From contig JALMLS010000075.1 of NCBI GenBank assembly GCA_038496445.1, positions 248,001 through 312,000 of the forward strand: DNA of 64,000 nt, in the 5' to 3' direction. Each line of letters opens with the position of its first letter. Within the stretch, counting starts at the first letter, position 1. Position numbers and translations under genes: made by a program. The stretch is from Trichosphaerium sp. ATCC 40318 (taxonomy: Eukaryota > Protista > Tubulinea). Positions 12,505 through 25,490 of the stretch are shown here, piece after piece. The notes below the pieces were generated by a model that did no database searches, was not told where the DNA came from, and saw nothing but the letters and a program-made list of their open reading frames with translations.

Positions 12505-15500
12505 CTATTTCTTTCCGCGTGCCTTTATCCGCAACTGTTCTTGTATACCTTCATTGCGCATTTTCTCCCATTCTCCTTTATTCGCTTGGAACTCTTTTCC
12601 TACATCCTTCAACTGCTCTAGAAGTCCAGGAGCATCAGGTCTCACATCTGGATTTGGATCCCACAACACTTTGATCAAATCTCTAAATCTCTTGTGACAA
12701 TAATCCGAGATTGTCGGCCGCTTATCTTCCTTTGCACTCTGTATAATAATCTGGAAATCAAATTGGATATTGTACTCGCTGTAGGGTTGGGTGTAGACAC
12801 CAGTAACACAACGTGTAACCATTTCCCAAAAGATTACACCAAGAGCATATACATCAGTCTTAGGTGTAAACTTTTTACTGTGGTAAATCTCTGGTCCTAG
12901 GTAGGCGAATGTTCCACGCATTTGGTGCAAAGTTTGGAGCTGTGAAGCGTCATCGAAACGGGCTAAACCAAAATCGGCAACTTTGATGATCCAATCCTTA
13001 GAAACCTAAACAAACACTCAATTTCTCATTCCACAAAAAAAAACCCCAAAAAAACCCAAAACTATACAACAGCACGTACAAGGATATTTAGACTCTTAAG
13101 ATCACGATGCATAATCTGAGGCGTGTTTTGATGTAAAGCAATAACACCTTTTGTCATTTGCTAGAACAACAGTGTGAATCATTTTTGTCGAGCGAAAGAA
13201 AAGAAAAAGAAAAAAATCTCCAAACATATTATTGATACCACGTACGTTAGCAAAATCAACTACACGAGCCCATGTGAACTCTACACCATCATCTCGCATT
13301 ACGTGGTACAAACTTCCGCGAGCACAGTACTCCATAACCTACACAAGGTGAGAAATTCAAAAAAAACAAAAAAAACAATCATAGCGACATACCATACAGA
13401 GACGAGGAACAAATGATACACCGATGAATAAAACAATATTAGGATGTCGGATAGCACTATAAGGATAAGAAAAAATTAGTGAACAATTTTTTCACAAACA
13501 TATGAAAAAAAAACGCACCTCAAGACCCTGTACTCCTTTTTAAAGTCTTCAATCTCTTTTCCTGGGGCCACTTCTTTCAATACCTTTATCGCAACAGTCT
13601 TATTACCCTGGAACAAACCCTACAAACATTTTAAAAAAAACATTAAGAATTCAAACAAAACAACGCCAAAACTTACCTTGTAGACATCTCCTGCAGCGCC
13701 AGTACCCAATTTTTTTACATATTCCAACTGACCACCTTCAATGTTTACAAAACCAGAACTTGATCCTAAATCCTCTGCGAGTTTTGAAGCTTGTCCATCA
13801 GTCAATGCCGGCTTGTCGTCAGCTAGTACGTATGCTTAGAATAGAATAACCAAAAAGAGAATAGTGTACCTCCAAGAGCTGCTGTAGGGTCCAATTCCTT
13901 CTTGTTAAGTCGTTTACAAGCTTTGATAATTTGTAATCGTTTACCAACAGATGTTATTCCCATATCTTCTAAATGAACCTCATCCATATCTACTAGTAAA
14001 CCTAACGAACAACGTTACCATAAACATTCTTTGAAGATGAAAAAAGAGCGCACAAGTGACGTACTTTTTGTGATTTCATTTTTTACAAATACGCTCTTAA
14101 ATTCTTGTAGACCATTCTCGTCTAACCAATCGAACAAATCTATACCCAATAAGAATTCAAACAAAAAAAAATTAAATAGAATCTTTTACCTTTATGTACT
14201 TTTATACTCTTTGCTGTATCATTCTTGTACTGGCATGCTACCTCATACGCTGTCTGTCCATTGTTATTCTTAATCTCTAGTTTTGGGGCAGCCTACAGAA
14301 AACCATAAGGAGATATTTGGCCTAATTCCGACAGTAGAAAAGAAAAAACTTCAAAAAACAAAAAAAAACTACAAGTTCTTCGCCAAAAAAACTGCTATCA
14401 AACACGTACAGTGAGAATAAGTTTAATAAGATCCGTTCGGCCAAAATATACAGCATAATGTAAAATAGTATCTCCGTTCTGGTTTGTCCGAATATTTAAA
14501 TCAGCATCTGCGAGTTTTTGATTAGTTTTACCACAAAAACGGCCAACAACATCAAAATAATTAAATAATAATAGTCACGCACTGTTTGCTATGAGTTCCT
14601 TCATCAATAAACCACGTATAAAATTATTATTTATCGCCTTGAATATTGGCGTTTCACCGGGTTCATTCCGTGCATTAACGTCTGCTCCCTTCTGAATAAA
14701 CAACTTAAAAGGCCGTTCATCCTCATCAATATCAGGAACTTGCCAATGTTGACAAAAGTAGTGCAATGGCGTGTTATGGTCTAGTACATACGTAAACGCC
14801 AATAAATTGATCAAAAAAAAAAAGAACCAAACAGCGCTTCAAAATTCATAAAAAAATACAACCAATGCCGCTGTGCGTCATTATTTAGTGTCGTACCAGT
14901 GTTAGTAATGTTTACGTTCACATCCGGGTGGTTCAGCAACTCCGTGAGGATAGACTCAAGATTTTGAATTGCGGTTGAATCTAAAGTCGTGTCTCCAATA
15001 AACTCGTGCCATTTCAGACATGCTATGTGTAGCGCTGTGTTTTCATTATCTGTAGGATCCTATGTGGTGATAAGAAGGCTGTCATCATGCGCGTTGTGTG
15101 ACAAAAAGATGAAAATAATATCTTGCTTTGAAAAAAAAACGTTTTGGTCGGGTTTGTTGCTTGAAATAGAGCTGGAGGGGTTTTTTTGTATATTCTGGCG
15201 TCGTTCATTTTTAGTTCTAGAAACTTTGGTACCTGTGCGTTTATCTCATCCGCAGTAGCCTCTAGTAGGAAGTCTTTTAGACCAACTAGATTCCTTGCTG
15301 CTACAAGCTCAATGACCTTTGGCTTTCCCTTCTTTCTTTTTGTTTTTGTGCGGCTGGCTTTGGCACCCTTTACTAGCTGCATTTTGACACGCACAGTACC
15401 AATGTCACCGGTTTTGGATTGTAATTTGAAAGACCGTTCTTGGGACTCCGTTTGAGTTAGAATTTCAGAGTCTAGAGGTATATCAACACTTCCAAGCCGT

Positions 15501-15885
15501 GTGCCATTGCCAATCGTTAAAAAACCAGTTGTGGCAACGTGTATTAATATAGTGCCCAAAGAGTTCATATTAACATCACTACAGCGCGTTATTTAAGATC
15601 AGTTAAAAAAAGTCAGCGTGAACTCTGTTTTGGGAGCAGAGGGGTGGTTCCTGACGTTACTTACAAGTGAAACCGTTCATTAAACTCCGCATGGCGCGTC
15701 CTGCGTATTGTTCTGGTTTTTTTTTGTTTTCCGGCTAGTTTTAATGTACAGTGCAAGTCGTGCTCCCTGTCGCCTTTGATACGCACTTCTACGACTGTGT
15801 GATACTGTTAGCGAGATACGGAGGAATCGTCTGTTGAGACTGTACCATCCACCGTGAGGCGCCCGGAACTATGTTTGTGTGCCAT
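12505..15885 (-). CDS. C2 - ankyrin repeat - SAM - tyrosine-kinase-like (TKL) protein kinase
   Basis: C2 (KTRTIRRTRHAEFNERF, GSVDIPL), ankyrin (NTPLHY, GETPIFKA, GDTILHYAV), SAM (DWLDENGLQEFKSVF...LEDMGITSVGKRLQI), kinase (LGTGAAGDV, VAIK, HRDLKSLN, DFG, GTFAYLGPE). Confidence 0.92.
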
Positions 15886-16427
15886 GTGCCTCTTTTAAAC
15901 TGTGTGCATTGTTTACACCTGTTCTGTGGTAAAATTAACTAAAAAAAAAGTTAAGCCGTGAAAGTCGGTTTTTATATCACATTAACTACCGCCCTCACAT
16001 GAACCTACAGCAAGTTATTGAAAACTCACTAACCCAAGCCACTGGTAAATAAAGGTTACAGTGTAACTTGTCACATCTACAAAGGCGCTGGCGCGCGTTT
16101 ATTAGGCCAAATACATATTACATAACGGCCGACTGAAGTCACTCGCCATTTTTGTCGTCAACTTGATTTTGCCTTGTAACAGTTTCTCACGTATACATAA
16201 CCTTATAATACGCAATGTCGGAACAAAAGACAAATGCTACTGCCTTTTTTGCTGCAAATGACGCCAAGTATTTTTATTTATTTTTATTGTTCCTATTTGC
16301 AAAAAAAAGTCGTAGAATGAGGACAGGGTGTTTAAAAATCTGTCAATGTTTGTTGGCAATTTAAAATCCAACAATTCTCACCACAAGTGTTTTTGGTTTC
16401 CGAATCATTTGTTTGTCTCGGTTTATA

Positions 16428-17175
16428 TTACAGTCGCTGTCCAATAGGATTTCGGGCAGCCAAGCGCTTTTTGGCCAATTGCCTTGTAAAGTCCACAGCA
16501 CGTTGATCAAGGTTTGTAGAGTACATGTACACAAGGTTATATAACCCTTTATGCATAGTCATAGGCTCGTATACCTGTGCAAGTGTTAGAGAACTTGAAA
16601 AAGGTAAAGTGACATAACATGACATACCCATGCGTATTGAGCGACGCCACAAACGAGAACAAAAACAACTACCTCCCCATAGTTTGGCAAATACCCTTTA
16701 TGTGTCAGAATGGTAGACAGTGCCAATGTGACGCACCTTTCTTCGCAGTTATGCTATATAATAATGCCAGCGCTTTTCCAAAGAGTGTCAGAGCAATTTC
16801 CATGCGTCTTTCCTTGTTAGAATCCAAAGTGAAGGCTACGCCAGAAACAAGACCAGCTATTGCTGAATTTACGCCATCGTCTTTGTTTCGTATGTACACA
16901 AGCGTTGTTGAAACAAATTTGAACAATCCGCTGTACAAAGCACAAAAAGCCGCGAATTGAAACGTGTTTGATCCCAGAGATTCTCGTACGAGTGTTTTTA
17001 GGCTCCTTTATGCAATAAGTATGTTTAATGATATTCCAACGTACTTTTTGTTGTCCTTCTTCTGCACCGCGTACTCAGTTATTGTATTTACACCACTCTT
17101 GAGTACAGTAACAATCACGAAATTGCGCACGCTAATAAGAACGGAGTCCTTGTAGCCTGTCAATAACTTATCCAT
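16428..17175 (-). CDS. TMEM135/PXMP4-like (Tim17-related) membrane protein
   Basis: FAAFCALYSGLFK...DDGVNSAIAGLVSG...RRMEIALTLFGKAL, typical of the TMEM135 N-terminal region. Confidence 0.7.
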
Positions 17176-17505
17176 ACTTATAACCTTTTGACTGCGCTAC
17201 AGACTACCAAAAAAGGACAATTTAAGTGTAAGCAACTCGGGCAAGTCTTTCCTGTTCTTTAAAACGTATTTCACACCACGCATCACACTCTTTACACAAC
17301 ACACCAACGTATGTCAATATTCATATTTAATTCTAGTGGCACATCAACGTTTTATGGTTTCCGGTGCAATAAATATTGCTTTGTTGCGCTTTTTTTACTA
17401 TGTTGAGCATTGTTCATGGCTGTTTTACGCTAGTTTTGGGCCAAAAAGAATTAACTAGATTAAACAGTCACCCGAAGGCCTCAAATACTAACGAATACGC
17501 TTTAG

Positions 17506-19456
17506 ATGAGCCAAGGAGACGAATTTGATGATTTATTAGCAGACCTTGAAGGAAGCGTTCAACTAGGCACAGACCCAGTACAAATGGAACAAACCATCGA
17601 ATTAGATGATATAATGTGTACTAAAAAAAAACTATGACAATTTCGGACTAACTAGCATAGCCGGCCTTGATGATTTTAGTTTTGGTGGAGGAGACGACGC
17701 AGAGGGCTTTGACGTTGATTCGCTAGCAGCGGGTACGAGGACACAGCATTTTCCGCTTGCTATTGCGAGCTAATGTATTCTGTACAGAACTCGATCTAGC
17801 TTTAGAAACTTCCACTCTAGAGCCACCACCCCCACCAGCTCCAGTAGACACAAGGAGCGCAAGGTCAAATAGCAGTTCAAGCTCTTCAAGCGACGAATCC
17901 AAAAAGAATTTCTCGGCTGAGCTCGATGAGACGAGGCCAGTGAGTATCCCTCCTCGCGCTCCTAAGCCTACACCTGCCCCTAAATCTACTCCAGTTCGTC
18001 CAAGAATGGTACACTAATTTTGTCTTACATTTAAAATTTTTGGCCTAAAAGGTATTTTTTTCTTTTTGTGTTTTCTGAATTGGAGCCCACCCCTCAGTTT
18101 GACATTAACTGTTTTGACGAAGTTTTTTCTAGGCGTCTACTGGGCGTAAGATTAAATATAAGATGGAAGGTGTACGCGAGCATGTTCGTAACACTATTTG
18201 CGAGTTTATCTTAGACGCAGAGCGTGATGTAAGCAGTATTAAGTAATTTGTCCTTCAAATCTGACACTTAACAGGGTGGTTATGCAGCTGAAATTGTTGC
18301 TTCAACGGTTAAAGCCGAGCTCACAGGTCCAGCTTCTGTTCCTGTACGGACTTTCGAGTCTTCTCAACCTATTCTCTTTGCTTATGTGTGGTGTAGGGTA
18401 CTGTAACTGGTGCTGGTACAGGACGTGCTAGGATTCAATTCCAACCAAGTGTCACTGGTGAATACTCTGTTGATGTAAGCGTCAACGGTCAAGAATTGTT
18501 CAAAAATGAACTTAAAGTTCGGTACGTTGGCCTTTTGATGTTGACAGCTCTTATTTTACATGTTTACTTACAAGTTTAGTGTTGTGGAATCATTACAGCA
18601 ACCAGGTGAAACACTTAAGTTCAATATGGATGGTCCAGGTTTAGCTGGAGGAAAAACTGGAAAGAAAACTTCATTTAAAATTGAGGTTCACGGGGAAAAT
18701 GGAGCAAACAAAGATATCGAAGAATCTAAATTAATAGTTGAAATTACAACTGGTGGTAATAGAATAGCTACAAATGTTTTCCGAACAGGTTCGTGAACAA
18801 AGAGAGAGCTGAGCTTGATTTTTTTAAAAAGACTTAACAAAAAATTGTGGAGTAAGAAAACTTGATTGCTAAGTTTCTTTTATAGGAAAGGGACAATACC
18901 ATTGTGAGTATGTTGCAAATTTACCTGGACAATACCTATTTGATATGCACTACGATGGTAATTCTGTGCTTTCCAATAGAGCCACAATCGTGTTCTCTGA
19001 TGGTACTTTTTTTAGTTTTCTTTTTTTTTTCTTTTTTAGCAAACTAGTATCCTACTTGTACTTACTTTAATATTTAGACGCAGTTGCAAGTAATAGTATT
19101 GCTGGTAATGTACCAAATGGTATTTCTGCCGCCCAAAAAGGTTCACTCACAGTACAAGCTAGGTAAGCTTTATCGATCGTCTTTTTTTTTTTCTTTTAAT
19201 TTCAAAAACGTTTTCAGTTTTTGTTCTTACAAGTTCCTTTAGAGACAGAAAGGGTTTAAATATTGCATGTGGAGGTGATCCATTCAGTGTGCAAGTATCA
19301 GGACCTGTAGAGGCTCAAGGGTTGTCTGTTTTAGATCAAAATAACGGCCAGTACACAATTGAGTTTGTACTACCTCAACCTGGAACATACTCTTTTGAGA
19401 TTACTCTCAATGGTGCTAATATTTCAGGCAGTCCTTTTGATTTGGTTGCAAATTAA
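17506..19456 (+). CDS. Filamin (Ig-like) repeat protein with acidic LD-like N-terminus and Pro-rich linker
   Basis: Three filamin repeats (GPGLAGG...G.YH.EY...PGQY; GGDPFSVQVSGP...NGQYTIEFVLPQPGTY...ISGSPF). No CH actin-binding domain seen. Confidence 0.85.
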
Positions 19457-19784
19457 AAAAAACTTCAAAATGTCTTTTTTCTTTTTTGTACGTGTAATAC
19501 TGCAAAAAATACACAAATGGTTAATAACAAACATGCATACGTTTTTCTCAATTGTTTTTTCCCTCCTTTCGGTTTGTTCGTATTTTCAGACGATTGGAAA
19601 AAAAAAGCGCGTTTTCAACTTTCCTTCCACTCTTGAGCTCTCGTTTATGTATTGAATGAGTTTTGACGTACTTTGAATTCTTTGTGTATGGGATAAAGAT
19701 ACTACAGATCATCTAATTTGGAAGTAACGGCCAATATTTTATTTTCATACTTAAGAACATTCTCTATCGCAACAAGTGGTAACA

Positions 19785-22386
19785 ATGTTATTCAAAGGGT
19801 GTAATAATCACGCGTATAAGTTCATTACCGTCGTGCTAGCGGCTGAGCTTATTTTTATCCTGTTCTATGGTTTGTTTACAGACTATGCTGATAGTGTACA
19901 AGCTACAAACGAAGTTACAACACAAGTACGTTTGATAGCGTTTCATTTCTTTCATACTACCTCATATATTGTGCTACTATGCGTATAGAGATGAATTTGA
20001 GCGTCGGAACATTTAAAAAAACTTTTTTCATTAAAGGTTGGGCTAACTTTATTTGGCAGACAAACAGCACTGAACCTGTTTCAGAAGACGACGGTGGTGT
20101 AGGACAGTTCTATCCTTTCTTTCAAGATGTAAACGTGATGATATTCATCGGTTTTGGCTTCTTGATGACCTTTCTACGTAAATACGGATTCGGCGCAGCC
20201 GGTTACAACTTTTTGTTGGCTTGTTTCGTCATACAATGGAGTATTCTTGTAGTTGGCTTTTGGGAGCAAATAGGTAACTCTGAGCCATTCCACAAGATTC
20301 TATTGACAATTGAGAGGTGACGTTTACAAACGAGTTTATTTTAAAATCAGCTAAATGTTTTTCTTTAGTTTAATAAGGGCCGACTTTGCCGCAGCAGCCG
20401 TTTTAATAAGGTAAACCTTGTTTTTAAACACCAATTTATTTATAAAGTTGTTTCTCTAAAACCTTTATTTTAGTTTTGGAGCTGTTTTGGGTAAACTTAG
20501 CCCAGTTGCATTGGTAAGTAGTTAGAAAGCTTATAATAGTTTATCTGATGTTATATAATAGATCGTGATGGCTTTTATCGAGATAATAGTCTATGGACTT
20601 AACGAGTGGGTTGGCGCTATTCAATTTCTAGCTGTACTATCTCCTTTACAACGTAAGCATCTATTAACGCATAATTTAGGTTGACATGGGCGGTTCTATG
20701 TATGTCCACACTTTCGGCGCATTTTTTGGACTTGGCGTATCTTTCTTCACTAGTAGAGAAGATAATAAAGACCACAAGCTTGATGGAACAGTATACCACT
20801 CTGATTTATTCTCATTATTGGGTACATATTCGCGTAACTCTGTAATCTTTGTCACTTACGTTTTAACTTAAGGAACACTGTTTTTGTGGATGTATTGGCC
20901 TAGTTTCAATGGTGCTCTTGCTTCTGGCGCATCTCAACACAGAGTTATTATCAATACTACATTAGCTCTTACATCGAGTTGTATTATTGCTTTTGTATCT
21001 ACTTTAATATTCCGTAAAGAGCATAAGTTCGACATGGTCGATCTTCAAAACGCAACACTTGCAGGAGGCGTAGCAGTACGAAAATCTCACCTTTTTTTCT
21101 TCTTTTTTTTTCTTTTCTGTTTTGCGGTCTTGGCGCCTTCTCTCGTATTCTTATTATATTTTAGGTTGGTTCTAGCGCTGATCTTGTTATTGGCCCATAC
21201 GGAGCACTTATTATTGGTGCTATTGCTGGGTTTATTAGCGTATTTGGTTACATTTATTTTACACCAAATATTGAAAAATATCTCGGTTTGCAAGACACTG
21301 CAGGTGTATTAAACTTGCATGGTATACCTGGTATACTTGGTGGCGTAAGCGGATGTATTTCTGCTGCGTTAGCTGGAACAGAAAACTACGGACAATCGTA
21401 AGTCAGACTTTTTTTTTTGATTTTTCATAGAGTGGCTTATTGGTGTTTAGAGTTGGAACAATCTTCCCTGCTAGAGGAGCTTCAAACTCTACTGAGCTCG
21501 GTGAGGATAGAACAGCTTCTAGACAAGCTCAGTTCCAAATGTTTGCCCTACTTGTTACGTTAGCTACGTCAATTCTTTCTGGTATGTGTTTTTCTTTTTT
21601 TTTTTCTATTTTGATTGAAAGCTAACTTGTTTTATCTTTAGGTCTATTGACTGGATTTATTCTGTGGTTTTTTAAATGGGGAGCTAAGTTTTTTGAAATT
21701 CATGGTCCTGAAAAGACGTTCACTGATAAGGTTTGTGTTCCGTTTTTGTTCTTCACTACAATGAGTTTTCTTGCTTAGTTTTCTTTCCTCTAAAGGTGTA
21801 CTTTGATGTACCAGAAGATTTCGATGATTTTGGCTTCGATTACGAAGCTCAGAATAAGAGTAATGGTCATTCTTTAGATGATGGATTCAACACAGACTCT
21901 CCAATAGTCACTGCTGTACGTACATTCTTTATCAAGCAAAGTTAAAACTACAAACACTAACTATTTATTCCAGAACAGACATGGTCCAGGAGGTATTGGT
22001 TTAGATAAGGGTCAATCAAAACGCGAGGTATCATCCGCAGGCGCAAAGAAGAGAAAGGTAAGTGCATAAGCAATCGATTAGTGTTTTAAAACTACTTTAT
22101 TTTTTTCTTTGTGAACGACTTTCTGATTTGGTCTTAGGGCTATGGTGACAGAAAATTGAGCTATAGAATATCTTCTCTTGAATTGAGTGTAAGAGATTTG
22201 ACAGACGTTATTAAAGCAGAACGTGAAGCATCAAGTGTGGTAAGTTAAATCTCACAATGTCTTTGTCTTTGCTTTTTTTTCTTCTCATGCTTATAATATT
22301 ATTAGCCTGTACCTGAAGACAGCGAAGATGATGACTTTGCTAGCAGTAGTATGGAAGATGACTCTTCAGATAAGTCTATGGCTTAA
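19785..22386 (+). CDS. Rh-type ammonium transporter
   Basis: [80 protein letters not shown]. Confidence 0.95.
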
Positions 22387-22771
22387 ATCGTCAGGTGTAT
22401 TTCAAACAAGAGTAGTTTAAAATAAAAAGCCATTCTTTTATTGTTGTTTTCTTTGCATTCAGACTACCAAAAGGTTTCAGAATAGTCTATCAATGTTAGC
22501 TTTTATAACTTTTAAAGCCTAAAGCTCTCCAAAGGCCTGAACTTAGTATCGGTCGTTCAACATACTACGTTACTGTACCACACTAGGTCGAAGTATGGAC
22601 GATATCCGCTTAAGGATGGCGTTAGAGTATACGGCCATAGTGACAACAATTGTTCATGTGTTTTGGAGGCATGAACCCCGAATTAATGAATCCACCAGCC
22701 GTCAACCTACAGGAACGAAGTTGATCTTTGCATGAACAATTGCAACGCGGAAAAAAAGAGCTGCTAGAAGA

Positions 22772-25298
22772 AGCGAGAAAACAAATTCAGCACACTAAAT
22801 CCTAACTTCACAATTTGATAGCGTATTGTGTTTGGTGAAAGAGAACATCTTTGTAGCTATAGTGTGGGTCGTGAGGTTGTACGTTTCACTGTGTTGAGAT
22901 TTTATTGCAAATGCAAGAAATACTGTACTACACAATCAACAATAAAAAACAATACCTACAAAATAGTCTGCTTTCAGATGACAAGCGTTCACGTGACTAA
23001 CCATAAAACTTGTAAAGCGATTTTTTGAGAAATAACACATTAATAAACCAAGCGCCATGCAAACATGTCATACAGGGTGATCAGTAGCATCAACTCTATG
23101 TGGCAGCGAGTGAATCAATCAAAAAGTGTTGTAGTTGAGATCACTTTTGTGATACCTATTACTATGTTGTATTAGCCTGCTTACACCTATCAACATGCAC
23201 TGTTGTTTGTATCTGTGAAATATCTGATGGAAAGAAAAACAAGTTAAAAGAAGACGATTGTTGAGTGTCATCAAGCAATTGAAAGCGACTATTTTGATTT
23301 TGTTAGTTTGTAGTCTCACTATGAATCACAGATTGGTGTCGTGAATTAGTAAGTTTCTAGGGTATAGCTACTACACAACTACAGCGGTCTAGCTTCAGAG
23401 TGTGGAAAAAATCTATCTTACGAAAACTGCATGCTACTATATATTGATGCTGCAAATCAAAGCATGTCTTGTAACAGTGAGCGCGACCTTGTATCTTTCA
23501 AGCATTCTGAAAACATAACTACAAATACTGCAAGTTAGATTGTACACAGGGCAACTTGGCTAACACCTGTGGTGTTCTATAAATGGTAGCGCCAGCTGTG
23601 TTTTGCTAGTGGAGCAGACAATCTCATATGAGAACATTCTGAAACATACCTACAAATACTGCAAGTTAGATTGTACACAGAGCAATTGACAAACACCGTG
23701 GCGTTCTGTAAATGGTAGCAGGCAATCTCATCAAGAAAATTTGGATGAATACTGGAAGCAGCTTTTGAGACTGGGAGTTGTTGTCGAGAAACAGCACTAT
23801 GCCTTGGCAAGCGCTTTCCAAAATACTGCGATCCTAAGGATGCAGACCAAAGTTTCTGTGCACATTGAACCCAGACTGAGCAAAGAAAATGTAAGTAAAA
23901 GTGTAGCACGAAGACCCTTCTGAATTTTTTTAGTTTGACGAAAAACAGAAATGGTTTTTGAAGAAATGTTTATTTTGAGATTTCCGTCTTTCTCAAACTT
24001 TGGATATCAAAACCTGAAACACACTATTCATAGAAGTGGAACGGGCCGGCAAAAGAGCGAAATTATTTCAAAACAAATAATAGTTCAGTGAACGTTTTGA
24101 ACAATAAAAACCAAAACCAAACCGAACTGTTGTAAAATAATCCCCAGTCTTCATTTGTAAGGTTTAAATAACGCTTGGTTTATTTAAAGGGCAAAAAAAC
24201 ACAGTTCACAATAACCATGACGAACACGTGTATTCTTTTTTTCATTTCCTGGTTTTTTTCATAAATGTTTACTGTTAACGCGTAGTTTTAATCCCAAATA
24301 TGTTTGTACTGTTGTTGGTATTTTTTTTAGCGGCATGGTGCCTTTTTGCTTCACTTTTTGTTTACCGTTCACACGTGTTTTAGGCTAACATGTCTTAGCA
24401 ATCGCTCTTTAAGTCAAGACTCATCATTTACGAATAACCTTCAAACAACAAACAACAACTCTACTTCAACGTACAAGTACCTTTCATCATGAACTATTCA
24501 TCGATTCTACTCTATCTCTGCATCTCACTTGCCTTGGCCTTCAACTACAAAGCCATTACTCTCAACGCTCAGAATACTTGTTCTGGCTGTCGCAAAGACA
24601 TGTATGCCGGTCAATTTGTGTACTGCGATGGTTCTGTTCCTGGATCAACAGTAACGCACTGCGATTGGGTTGGCGGTTCAGGAGAATGTTCCTTCCCTCC
24701 AGATACCTCAGTAACGAAGACTCAATGTGAACAACTATGCAATGCAGACGATCGCTGTGGATACTACACGAGTTACTCCAACAGTGTGTGTAACCTATTC
24801 TTCATGACCAGCTGTTCGAACACTCACAGTCAAGCATCAGGAGACACATACGAGAAAGTGGTAAACGAATACACAATGATAATGACAAAGACAGACGACG
24901 GTCAATTCAGTGGCACAAACGCTCCAATCAAGTACCGATATGTGTATACTGACGGAACCAATTCTTCATACAGCGATGCTATTGTCGATCCCCGCCTCAA
25001 CGAGTTCCAATCTGACGCTCTCGATCTATTCTACATGATGGCACCTGCAAAGAATACCGATAAAACACTTCAAGGTGTTGAGATGAGAGTATTCGCTAAC
25101 GATGGTTGGGCTTTCACAGAAGTACAAATCTTCAACTCTTTTCATTTCTGTTGGAAAGGTACCGCTGATATCCATCCTAGTACAACTGCAAGTGTTGTAC
25201 TGCCTCTCAATGGCGACTGTAGTGCCTGTAGCTAAGTGCATTTGTCGCTAAAGTGCTTCAAATAAAGCCCCCTCACATTGTCTCTGTTTTTTGTTACC
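22772..25298 (+). repeat. Left arm of ~2.5-kb inverted segmental duplication (pairs with 45136-47647)
   Basis: Near-identical reverse complement of 45136-47647, including the secreted-protein gene, its promoter and upstream non-coding DNA. Also contains an internal ~130-bp-period tandem duplication (~23500-23720). Confidence 0.95.
24489..25235 (+). CDS. Secreted Cys-rich protein, PAN/apple-like + PLAT/LH2-like domains, copy 1
   Basis: Signal peptide; CEQLCNADDRCGYYTSY...CNL (PAN/apple-like); KTDDGQFSGTNAPI...NEFQSDALDLF...NDGWAFTEVQI (PLAT-like). Intronless. Confidence 0.8.
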   Translation: MNYSSILLYLCISLALAFNYKAITLNAQNTCSGCRKDMYAGQFVYCDGSVPGSTVTHCDWVGGSGECSFPPDTSVTKTQCEQLCNADDRCGYYTSYSNSVCNLFFMTSCSNTHSQASGDTYEKVVNEYTMIMTKTDDGQFSGTNAPIKYRYVYTDGTNSSYSDAIVDPRLNEFQSDALDLFYMMAPAKNTDKTLQGVEMRVFANDGWAFTEVQIFNSFHFCWKGTADIHPSTTASVVLPLNGDCSACS

Positions 25299-25490
25299 TT
25301 GTTTGTGACGTGAATACTTTCTCTATGTCGTCCTGTAGCACTATCTCAAAATTCCCGCATTTATGAAACAAAAATAGAATTTATTGCTAATCTTGTTTAA
25401 ACAACGTTAGTACAAGAGCAGATGTAACATGCTTGCCTGTAGAAGGGCGTTGATTTCAGCACTAGTTGAAGCGATTGTTATATCCCTTGA

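Noticed and set aside
22980-23923. Short ORFs in the duplicated arm (e.g. DEYWKQLLRLG...)
   Set aside because: Frames differ among the three copies and contain stops. At best a decayed gene of unknown type.
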